Positions 56,959 through 64,000 of a stretch of 64,000 nucleotides of DNA are shown here, piece by piece. This DNA comes from an uncultured Actinomycetes bacterium. GTDB taxonomy: Bacteria; Actinomycetota; Thermoleophilia; Gaiellales; Gaiellaceae. The notes beneath the pieces are model-generated. The model searched no databases, was not told the origin of the DNA, and was given only the letters and a program-made list of their open reading frames with translations. The first letter of the stretch is position 1; each line of letters opens with the position of its first letter. The position numbers and the translations under genes are program-made. The stretch is taken from assembly GCA_963786755.1 (NCBI GenBank), contig CAWBAC010000009.1, forward strand, positions 19,402-83,401, written 5' to 3'.

Positions 56959-58953
56959 GTGCCCGAGCTCGGCCGCGCCGCGCTCGTCGCCGCACTCGGG
57001 CTGATCCTGTACGCCGCGCTCGCGGGCGGCTACGCGGCGCTGCGCGGCCGCCGCCGCCTCCTCGATTCGGCCACGAACGCGCTCCTCGGCGCCTTCGCGG
57101 CCACGGGCGTCGCCTCGCTCGTCCTCTTCGCCGCGCTCGCAGGCCGGGACTTCTCGCTGCAGTACGTCGCTCAGGGAACGAGCCGTGAGCTCCCCATGGG
57201 GTACACGCTCGCCGCCTTCTGGAGCGGCCAGGCTGGCTCGCTCCTCCTCTGGCTCCTGGTGCTCACTGGTGCGGGCTCGGCCGCGATCGCCCTCAACCGC
57301 CGTCTCGTGCGCGACGTGCTCCCGTGGACCGTGCCCATCGTCGCCGCCGTCGCGACCTTCTTCGCGCTTCTCCTCGTCTTCGTCGCGAGCCCGTTCGACA
57401 CGCATCCGGCCCCCGCTGACGGGGCCGGCATGAACACGAGCCTTCAGAACCCCTACATGATGATCCACCCGCCGATGCTGTACCTCGGCTTCGTGGGGCT
57501 GACGATCCCCTTCGCGTTCGCGATGGCGGCGCTGGCCTCGCGCCAGACGGACGAGCGGTGGATCGTGGCCACCCGCCGCTGGACGCTCGCGGCGTGGACC
57601 TTCCTCGGCTTCGGGATCCTGCTGGGAGCGAAGTGGGCATACGAGGAGGTCGGCTGGGGAGGCTGGTACGCGTGGGACCCGGTCGAGAACGCGGCCCTCA
57701 TGCCCTGGCTCGTCGCCACCGCCTTCCTCCACTCGGTGATCGTGCAGGAGAAAAAGAACATGCTCCGCGTCTGGAACGTCGTCCTCGTCGCCGGCGCGTT
57801 CGGACTCTCGCTCTTCGGCACGTTCCTGACGCGAAGCGGGGTCATCAACTCCATCCACAGCTTCACGCAATCGTCGATCGGCCCGTGGTTCCTCGGCTTC
57901 ATTGCGGTCGTCACCACGTGCTCGATCGCGCTGATCGTCTCGCGCGTGCCGCTCCTGCGCGCCCGCACGCGGCTCGAGTCGCTCGTCTCGCGCGAGGCCG
58001 CCTTCCTCTACAACAACCTCTTCCTCGTCGCCCTCGCCCTCACCGTCCTGTGGGGTGTCATCTATCCGCTCGTCTCCGAGGCCGTCCGCGGGGTCGCCGT
58101 GACCGTCGGGGCGCCCTACTACGAGTTCTTCGCCATCGTCTTCGGGCTGCCGCTCGTGTTCCTGATGGGCATCGGCCCGCTCGTCGCCTGGCGCCGTGCC
58201 TCGCTTCGCGCGCTGGGCGCCTCGCTCCTCTGGCCGGCCGGGGTCGCGCTGGCCGTCGGCGCCGTGCTGCTCGCCTTCGGCGCCGGGTCGAGCCTGGCCG
58301 GGCTGATCGGATACACGTTCGCCGCCTTCGTCCTGGCCGCGATCGCGCTCGAGTTCGTCCGCGGGACGCGCGCGCGCAAGGGCCTGGGGAACGAGGGCTG
58401 GCTGAGCGCGTTCACCGGCCTCGTCGCCCGCAACCGCCGCCGATACGGCGGCTACGTCGTGCACGCGGCCATCGTCATCCTCCTCGTCGGCGCGGTCGGG
58501 ATCGGCGGATTCTCGACCGCGCGCGAGGCCAGGCTCGCTCCGGGCGAGTCCCTGCGGATCGGCGACTACCGGCTGGTCTACGAGGGCAGCGAGCAGCGGC
58601 GCGGGCCGAACGCGCAGGAGGTCCGTGCGCGGCTGGCCGTCTTCCGGGGCGACGAGAGCGCCGGAACCGTCTCCGCCGGGAAGAACCGCTACTTCGCGGA
58701 GGGACAGACTTCCAACGAGGTCGCCATTCGCACTGACTGGCTCCGCGCGGAGGATCTCTTCGTCATCGCCGACCAGTTCAACGCCGACGGGTCCGTGTTC
58801 TTCAAGGTGCTCGTCAACCCGCTCGTCAACCTCATCTGGTTCGCCGGGCTCGTCTTCGTCGGCGGCTCGCTCATCACGATGTGGCCCGACGCGCGGGAGC
58901 AGCGCCGCCTGGCCCAGCGCTTCGCCGAGAGCGGCGCACTCGCGCGCGCGTAG
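56959..58953 (+). CDS. ccmF: Cytochrome c maturation protein CcmF
   Basis: Intact 664 aa. WWD motif: GAKWAYEEVGWGGWYAWDPVENAALMPWLVATAFLHS. Polytopic. Confidence 0.9.
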   Translation: MPELGRAALVAALGLILYAALAGGYAALRGRRRLLDSATNALLGAFAATGVASLVLFAALAGRDFSLQYVAQGTSRELPMGYTLAAFWSGQAGSLLLWLLVLTGAGSAAIALNRRLVRDVLPWTVPIVAAVATFFALLLVFVASPFDTHPAPADGAGMNTSLQNPYMMIHPPMLYLGFVGLTIPFAFAMAALASRQTDERWIVATRRWTLAAWTFLGFGILLGAKWAYEEVGWGGWYAWDPVENAALMPWLVATAFLHSVIVQEKKNMLRVWNVVLVAGAFGLSLFGTFLTRSGVINSIHSFTQSSIGPWFLGFIAVVTTCSIALIVSRVPLLRARTRLESLVSREAAFLYNNLFLVALALTVLWGVIYPLVSEAVRGVAVTVGAPYYEFFAIVFGLPLVFLMGIGPLVAWRRASLRALGASLLWPAGVALAVGAVLLAFGAGSSLAGLIGYTFAAFVLAAIALEFVRGTRARKGLGNEGWLSAFTGLVARNRRRYGGYVVHAAIVILLVGAVGIGGFSTAREARLAPGESLRIGDYRLVYEGSEQRRGPNAQEVRARLAVFRGDESAGTVSAGKNRYFAEGQTSNEVAIRTDWLRAEDLFVIADQFNADGSVFFKVLVNPLVNLIWFAGLVFVGGSLITMWPDAREQRRLAQRFAESGALARA

Positions 58954-58965
58954 GGGGAACCGAAG

Positions 58966-59301
58966 CTGGAAGCCCTCGCGCTCGTCCTCGCCGCGCTCCT
59001 GACCGTCGCGCTCGTCCTCTTCGTCGCGCGGCCCTTTCTCCGCGCGCGGGCGGGGGAGAGCGACAGCCTCGCGGAGCCGACGCCCGCCGAGCGGGAGCGC
59101 CTGCGCTTCCTCGAGGAGCGCGACCGGGCGCTCGCCGCGTTGAAGGAGCTCGAGTTCGACCACCGCACCGGCAAGGTTTCGGACGCCGACTACCGCGAGC
59201 TCCTCGGCCCGTTGCGCCACAGGGCCGCGGCGGCGTTGCGGGCCCTGGAGCGTGAAGAGGTCTCCGAGCGGGAACGACCGAAAGCGAATGTCCGGGGCTA
59301 G
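58966..59301 (+). CDS. Small membrane-anchored CcmI-N-terminal-like protein; no canonical start codon (CTG 58966?)
   Basis: Open frame from stop 58951-58953: LEALALVLAALLTVALVLFVARPFLRARAGE..PTPAERERLRFLEERDRALAALKELEFDHRTGKVSDADYRELLGPLRHRAAAALRALE. It is absent from the supplied ORF track because it lacks ATG/GTG/TTG. Confidence 0.35.
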   Translation: MEALALVLAALLTVALVLFVARPFLRARAGESDSLAEPTPAERERLRFLEERDRALAALKELEFDHRTGKVSDADYRELLGPLRHRAAAALRALEREEVSERERPKANVRG

Positions 59302-60067
59302 GGACCCACAGTGCCCGACCTGCGGGGCGAATGTGCCCGCCTCGAGCCGCTTCTGCCCGGAATGCGGACACCCGCTCGAGGCCGCAACGCAGCCCGAGTC
59401 GGCCGCTGTGCCGGCGGCGCGAAGACGGCTGTGGCCGCCGGAGCCGCTCCTCGCGGTCGTGGTGTTCATCGCCGCCGCCGGCTTCATCGTGGTCGTGGTC
59501 GGCGAGACGCTCTGGGGCGTCGTCGTCCTCCTGTTTGCCGGAGTCCTCGCCCTCGTACGGCAGGAGGGCGTGCGCCGGGAGGTCGGCCGGGCGGTGCGCG
59601 GGGGCCTCAGCACGCAGCGGGACGTCGTCACGGCCCGCTCCCGCGGCCAGCTCGAGCTCTTCCGCGCGCGCCGGGAGCTGGCCGACCTCGAGGCTGTCCG
59701 GGCGCGCGGTTACTCCGAGCTGGGGCGCGCCGTGTTCGAGAACGACGAAAGCGGGAAGGAGGCTGCGAGAACCGCGCTCACGACCGTCGTGGCTCGCATC
59801 GAGGAGAAGGAGGCCCAGATCCAGGCTCTCATCCAGGAAATAGACGAACGCGTCCGTCGCGCCCAGCGCGGCGGGCAGCCGACCGAACAGCTCTCCGGCG
59901 AGTCGCCCTCCGAGCCGCTGCCGCCCCGCCTCCCGGAGCCGTATCCGCCCCCCGACGAGGGCAGCCCGCCGGCTCCAGCGCCCGTTCCGGAGCCGTCCCC
60001 GGACGACCCGCCCCCGGAACCCGAGCATCCTCCGCTGCCGCGCGAGCAGTCACAGAAAAGTGCGTGA
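59288..60067 (+). CDS. Zinc-ribbon membrane protein with coiled coil and Pro-rich tail
   Basis: MSGARDPQCPTCGANVPASSRFCPECGHPL. TM segment LLAVVVFIAAAGFIVVVVGETLWGVVVLLFAGVLAL. Coiled coil RIEEKEAQIQALIQEIDE. The tail is rich in P, E and S. Confidence 0.6.
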   Translation: MSGARDPQCPTCGANVPASSRFCPECGHPLEAATQPESAAVPAARRRLWPPEPLLAVVVFIAAAGFIVVVVGETLWGVVVLLFAGVLALVRQEGVRREVGRAVRGGLSTQRDVVTARSRGQLELFRARRELADLEAVRARGYSELGRAVFENDESGKEAARTALTTVVARIEEKEAQIQALIQEIDERVRRAQRGGQPTEQLSGESPSEPLPPRLPEPYPPPDEGSPPAPAPVPEPSPDDPPPEPEHPPLPREQSQKSA

Positions 60068-60071
60068 TGCC

Positions 60072-60101
60072 ACGTTTGCCGGTGCTTCCGTCGGCAAACG
60101 T
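60072..60101 (+). terminator. Hairpin directly after the zinc-ribbon gene stop
   Basis: ACGTTTGCCG-10 nt-CGGCAAACGT (10-bp perfect arms). The T-tail is weak. Confidence 0.4.
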
Positions 60102-60198
60102 CCTGCTCGTCGTGTAGAACACCCGGCTTAGAGAGACCCAGGAACGGGGTTGGGGGCCGTGCAGGGACGCCCACGACCCTCCACGAGACCCTCTCGGT

Positions 60199-61467
60199 TT
60201 GCCCAACCACAGCCGAATTCCTCTGCTCCTAGCCGTCATGGGCAGCGCCCTCGTGCTGCTCGCCGTCCCCTCGGCGGTCGGGCAGTCGCTCTACGACCAG
60301 CAGGATCGCGTCAACGAGAAGATTGCCGGCCTGCGCGACGCGATCAACGAGGCGAAGCACAGGGAAGGCGCCCTGACCGGCGATATCGCCGCCGCCGGCG
60401 CCGAGATCGAGTCCCTCGAGGGGGACATCGCCGTGCTCGGCGAGCAGATCGCCGTCCTCGAAGCGGAGCTCGCCGAGCACCGCGCGCGCCTCGAGGAGCT
60501 GAAGGCGCTGTTCGCGGAGCAGACGGACGACTACTTCCACCTCAGGCGGCAGTTCAAGATCGCCGAGCGGCAGCTGGAGGAGCGGCTCGTCGATCTCTAC
60601 CAGGAGGACGACGAAGGCGCGCTCGCAATCCTCATGCAGGTCCAGAGCCTCGACGAGCTCATCGACCAGCTCGAGTACTTCGACGACGTGGGGCGCCAGG
60701 ACCGGGCCATCTCCCAGGAGATCAAGCACTTCCGGGACGAGATGCGAGTCGCGCGCGAGCGCACCCGGCGGACGAAGGCGAAGGTTGCGGACGCAACGGC
60801 CGTGCTGGCGGACAAGACGAACGAGGCGATCGCCGCCCGAAACGAACTCGTGGCCCGGCAAGAGGCGCTTGCGGCGGCTCGGGCCGAGGAGCAGGCGATG
60901 CTCGCCGGGGTCCGCGACGAGCGGCACGCGGCGGAAGAAGACCTTTCGGCGATGGAGGCCGCAAGCGCGTCGCTGGCCTCGGAGATCCAGGCAGCAGAGG
61001 CGGCAGCGGCAGCCGCGGCTGCGGCGGAGGCGGAGGCCGCTCGAAGCTCCTCCGGCGGCAGTTCCGGCGGTGGGGGCGGGGGCTCGAGCGCCGGAGTCGT
61101 CTCGTCCAGCGGCTTCATGTGGCCGACGAGCGGCGTCGTCACGAGCGGGTTCGGCTACCGCTGGGGCCGTCTGCACGCCGGAGTCGACATCGCCGCGCCG
61201 TACGGCACCGGCGTCGTCGCGGCCGCGTCGGGAACAGTCATCTACGCCGGCGGGATGGGCGGTTACGGCAACATCGTCGTCATCAGCCACGGCAACGGCC
61301 TCGCGACCGCGTACGCCCATCTGTCCTCCATCTACGTCGGCGGGGGCTCCGTTTCGCAGGGGCAGTCGATCGGCGCCGTTGGCTGCACGGGAAGCTGCAC
61401 CGGCAACCACCTCCACTTCGAAGTACGCGTGAACGGGTCGCCCGTCGACCCCATGGGCTACCTCTAG
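60199..61467 (+). CDS. Secreted M23 (LytM) peptidase with long N-terminal coiled coil (EnvC-like)
   Basis: Signal/anchor LLLAVMGSALVLLAVPSAVG. About 250 aa of coiled coil. A/G/S linker. M23 motifs: RLHAGVDIAAPYGTGVVAAASGTV..GNIVVISHGNGLATAYAHLSS..GCTGSCTGNHLHFEV. Confidence 0.85.
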   Translation: MPNHSRIPLLLAVMGSALVLLAVPSAVGQSLYDQQDRVNEKIAGLRDAINEAKHREGALTGDIAAAGAEIESLEGDIAVLGEQIAVLEAELAEHRARLEELKALFAEQTDDYFHLRRQFKIAERQLEERLVDLYQEDDEGALAILMQVQSLDELIDQLEYFDDVGRQDRAISQEIKHFRDEMRVARERTRRTKAKVADATAVLADKTNEAIAARNELVARQEALAAARAEEQAMLAGVRDERHAAEEDLSAMEAASASLASEIQAAEAAAAAAAAAEAEAARSSSGGSSGGGGGGSSAGVVSSSGFMWPTSGVVTSGFGYRWGRLHAGVDIAAPYGTGVVAAASGTVIYAGGMGGYGNIVVISHGNGLATAYAHLSSIYVGGGSVSQGQSIGAVGCTGSCTGNHLHFEVRVNGSPVDPMGYL

Positions 61468-61481
61468 CTCTCCTTGTTGGA

Positions 61482-61991
61482 TCAGGCGCCTTCGACGACG
61501 TGAATGTCGCGAAGGCCGCGGTAGCGCTCGTTCAGGTGGAAGCCGTATCCGACGAAGAACTCGTCCGGGACCGTGAAGCCCACGTAGCGGATGGGGAGGT
61601 CGTCCACGAGGCGCCGGTACGGGCGGTCGAGGAGGGTGCACACGCCGACATCGCGGGGCTCGCGCAGGGCGAGCGTCTTGACCACGTAGTTGAGCGTCAG
61701 CCCCGTGTCGACCACGTTCTCGACCAGGAGGACGTCGCGGCCCCGGATTGCCATGTCGAGGTCCTTGATCAGGCGGATGCGCGAGCGCCCGCCGAGGCGA
61801 CCGTCGTAGCCGGCCAGGACGAGAAAGTCCATGGCATGCGGCATGTGGATCGCCCGCGCGAGGTCGGCGGCGAATACGTAGGCGCCCTTGAGGATGGTGA
61901 CGAGGACGAGGTCACGGTGCGCATAGTCGGATGCGATCTGGGCGCCGAGCTCGGCGACACGCGTCTGGATCTCCCCTTCGGGGAGGTACAC
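61482..61991 (-). CDS. hpt: Hypoxanthine(-guanine) phosphoribosyltransferase
   Basis: LVLVTILKGAYVFAADLARAI..DFLVLAGY..GRDVLLVENVVDTGLTLNYV..VCTLLDRP..PDEFFVGYGFHLNERYRGL. A GTG start at 61991 is assumed. Confidence 0.88.
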   Translation of the reverse strand: MYLPEGEIQTRVAELGAQIASDYAHRDLVLVTILKGAYVFAADLARAIHMPHAMDFLVLAGYDGRLGGRSRIRLIKDLDMAIRGRDVLLVENVVDTGLTLNYVVKTLALREPRDVGVCTLLDRPYRRLVDDLPIRYVGFTVPDEFFVGYGFHLNERYRGLRDIHVVEGA

Positions 61992-62011
61992 CGCACCGGG
62001 CCGCGGCCCGT

Positions 62012-62389
62012 CTATGAGACGTGGTTCAGGCCGTATTTGTGGGCTAGGCGCTCGAAGTCGCGCTTCGTGAAGAGTTTGACCTTGACGTCCGGATAGCGTT
62101 CCCGGAGCTTGCGGATCTTGCGGTTCTTGCGCGTGATGAGGGACTGCTTCATGACGGTTACCTCGAGGTAAAGATCCTGCTCCGTGAGGTAGAAGTCGGG
62201 AGTGAAGGCCTCGAGCACCCGGCCGTCGCCGTCCTCTTCGAGAACGAAGGAGTGCGGCTCGTACTCCCAGGAGATTCCGTGGAAGTCGAGCAGTCTGGCG
62301 CACTCGGCCTCCGCCTCGTTGACAAACGGGGGTGAGGAGGTGCTCCCGGGGGGAGAATGTGCCTGGAAATCGCCGCTTTTGGGGCGCAT
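62012..62389 (-). CDS. Hypothetical protein with a possible PD-(D/E)xK nuclease-like core
   Basis: Intact 125 aa: ..ECARLLDFHGISWEYEPHSFVLEEDGDGRVLEAFTPDFYLTEQDLYLEVTVMKQ.., followed by a basic tail. It lies 20 nt upstream of hpt. Confidence 0.5.
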   Translation of the reverse strand: MRPKSGDFQAHSPPGSTSSPPFVNEAEAECARLLDFHGISWEYEPHSFVLEEDGDGRVLEAFTPDFYLTEQDLYLEVTVMKQSLITRKNRKIRKLRERYPDVKVKLFTKRDFERLAHKYGLNHVS

Positions 62390-62451
62390 CCCACCCCAAA
62401 GGTAGCAGTCAGCCCGGACGGCCCGGCACTAGAATCCGCTTGGGCACGCGG

Positions 62452-63237
62452 GTGTTCAGGATCGCTCACATCTCCGACCTGCATTGCGGGTCGCCTTACT
62501 TCGTGGCCAATATGGCTGACCGGGCGGTCATGGAGATCAACGAGCTGGAGCCCGACATCGTCGTCTGCTCGGGTGACCTGACGAACTTCGGCTTCCAGCA
62601 GGAGTACGGAGAAGCCAAGGCCTACCTCGACCGCATCGTGTGTGAGCAGCTGGTCGTCATCCCCGGCAACCACGACTCGCGCAACGTCGGCTACATCCAC
62701 TTCGAGGAGCTCTTCGGCGACCGAAACCAGGTCCTCAGGCTGAACGGCGTCACCGTCGTCGCGGTGGACTCGACCGAGCCCGACCTCGACCACGGGGTCA
62801 TCGGCCGGGGGCGCTACCGCTGGATCGAGGAGCAGTTCGCCGAGGAAGCGGACTTTCGCATCTTCGTCCTCCACCACCACCTGCTGCCGGTGCCGGGGAC
62901 GGGCCGGGAGCGGAACGTCGTCTACGACGCGGGCGACGCGCTCGAGGTCCTGCAGAGGTCGGGCGTCAACCTCGTCCTTTCCGGCCACAAGCACGTGCCC
63001 TACGCCTGGCGCCTGGAGAACCTCTTCGTCGTCAACGCGGGCACGGTCTCCTCGCTTCGCCTGCGGGGGAAGACGCGCGCCTGTTACAACGTGATCGAGA
63101 TCGAGAACCGCCACGTGACCGTCTGGCGCAAGTACCCGTTCCACGGGGAGGAGCGGATCATCCAGTTCTCGGCGGACACGCTCGAGTTCGAGAAGTACAC
63201 GGCGCGTATCGAGGACGAGGTGACGCAGAGGAAATGA
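62452..63237 (+). CDS. Calcineurin-like metallophosphoesterase
   Basis: Intact: RIAHISDLHCG..IVVCSGDLTNFG..VVIPGNHD..IFVLHHHLLPVPG..LVLSGHKHVP. The start is GTG 62452 or TTG 62440. Confidence 0.8.
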   Translation: MFRIAHISDLHCGSPYFVANMADRAVMEINELEPDIVVCSGDLTNFGFQQEYGEAKAYLDRIVCEQLVVIPGNHDSRNVGYIHFEELFGDRNQVLRLNGVTVVAVDSTEPDLDHGVIGRGRYRWIEEQFAEEADFRIFVLHHHLLPVPGTGRERNVVYDAGDALEVLQRSGVNLVLSGHKHVPYAWRLENLFVVNAGTVSSLRLRGKTRACYNVIEIENRHVTVWRKYPFHGEERIIQFSADTLEFEKYTARIEDEVTQRK

Positions 63238-64000
63238 GAGCGCTCGCGCTCGTCGACGGGGAGCACTATCCGGACGTCGTCCGGGACACGCTCGCGGAGG
63301 CGCCGTACGAGGTCGCCGGAGCGGTGCTCCTGGGCGGCTCCGAGAAGCTGCGGGCCGCCCCCGAATACGGCGTCCCGCTGTACCGCGACCTCGCCGAGGG
63401 CCTTGCCGAGAGCGGGGCGGAGGTCGTACTCGACCTCTCGGACGAGCCCGTCGTCGGGCCCCGCCGCCGCTTTCGGCTCGCCGCCGAGACGCTCGCGGCC
63501 GGCATCCCGTACGTGGGCGCCGACTTCCGCCTCGAGCCGGTGCCGTTCGCGCCTCTGGACGTGCCGGCCCTGGCCGTGATCGGCTCGGGGAAGCGTGTGG
63601 GGAAGACCGCCGTCGCGGGCCACGTGGCCCGTCTGCTCGCGGAGACGCGCGAGGTCGTCGTCGTCGCGATGGGCCGCGGGGGCCCGAGGGAGCCCGTCGT
63701 CCGGGAGGCCTCCCCGACGGTCGACGACCTGCTCGAGCTCTCGCGCGGCGGCTCGCACGCCGCCTCCGACTACCTCGAGGACGCCGCGCTCGCCGGGGTC
63801 GTCACCGTGGGCGCCCGCCGCTGCGGCGGAGGCCTGGCGGGGGCGCCGTTCGCCTCCAACGTCGTGGAGGCAGCGCGCACCGCGGCGTCGCTGCGCCCGG
63901 ACCTCGTGCTCCTGGAGGGGAGCGGAGCCGCGCTACCGCCGGTCGAGGCGGAGAAGCGCATTCTCGTGGCCGGCGCGAATCAGGATCCGGAGGTCGTCGC
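63234..64000 (+). CDS. COG2403-type P-loop protein, cyclic 2,3-diphosphoglycerate synthetase-like (3' end beyond the window)
   Basis: The ATG overlaps the upstream stop (ATGA). MRALALVDGEHYPDVVRDTL..VLLGGSEKL..; P-loop LAVIGSGKRVGKTAV; GGSHAASDYLEDAALAGVVTVGARRCGGGLAG..LLEGSGAALPPV. The frame is open to the window end. Confidence 0.55.
   Translation, partial: MRALALVDGEHYPDVVRDTLAEAPYEVAGAVLLGGSEKLRAAPEYGVPLYRDLAEGLAESGAEVVLDLSDEPVVGPRRRFRLAAETLAAGIPYVGADFRLEPVPFAPLDVPALAVIGSGKRVGKTAVAGHVARLLAETREVVVVAMGRGGPREPVVREASPTVDDLLELSRGGSHAASDYLEDAALAGVVTVGARRCGGGLAGAPFASNVVEAARTAASLRPDLVLLEGSGAALPPVEAEKRILVAGANQDPEVV

Noticed and set aside
60990-61095. GCN-rich repetitive stretch (Ala/Gly/Ser run) inside the M23 peptidase gene. 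Similar E/P/A-rich runs lie at 4590-4760 (E2 linker) and 59880-60060 (Pro-rich tail).
   Set aside because: These are ordinary low-complexity interdomain linkers or tails within intact reading frames, not independent repeat elements.

Overview
This is a 64-kb window of very GC-rich bacterial chromosome. Gene content and order look like Actinomycetota: whiA, hemQ/chdC, and uvrC followed further on by whiA-gap-pgk-tpiA. There is also a class I aldolase, glpX, a KhtT/KhtU-type antiporter pair and System I ccmE-ccmF. A deep-branching lineage (Thermoleophilia/Rubrobacteria-like) is only a guess.

The core is ordinary housekeeping:
- a heterotetramer-type 2-oxoacid dehydrogenase operon (E1alpha-E1beta-E2) plus lpdA
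- glycolysis and gluconeogenesis genes
- argS, uvrC, hpt, bcp, ogt, pruA, bolA-grx
- two tRNAs: Leu-CAG and Gly-CCC

The clearest accessory region is a roughly 10.5-kb mosaic island inserted at the 3' end of tRNA-Gly(CCC), at 40729-51190.
- It is bounded by a perfect 47-bp direct repeat of the tRNA 3' part.
- Identical 21-bp arm-like repeats sit at both ends.
- A truncated tyrosine-integrase remnant lies just outside the right repeat.
- Decayed paralogous gene fragments occur inside it.

Other sequence-level observations:
- A structured repeat of about 115 bp with two hairpins occurs as an inverted pair flanking the E1/E2 operon.
- A 114-bp tandem duplication with nested palindromes covers a start codon.
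- An in-frame TGA sits exactly at the first Cys of the CxxC motif of a DsbA/FrnE-like gene.
- CcmE is a CxxxY-type variant.
- A cyclic-2,3-diphosphoglycerate-synthetase-like gene is coupled to a metallophosphoesterase.

Caveat: many genes, including essential ones, are broken by single-base indels, and the breaks fall in clustered blocks. This most likely reflects sequence quality. Those CDS coordinates are reconstructed across frames and are approximate.

I did not find a convincing complete novel multi-gene system. The findings below are candidates, not demonstrations.
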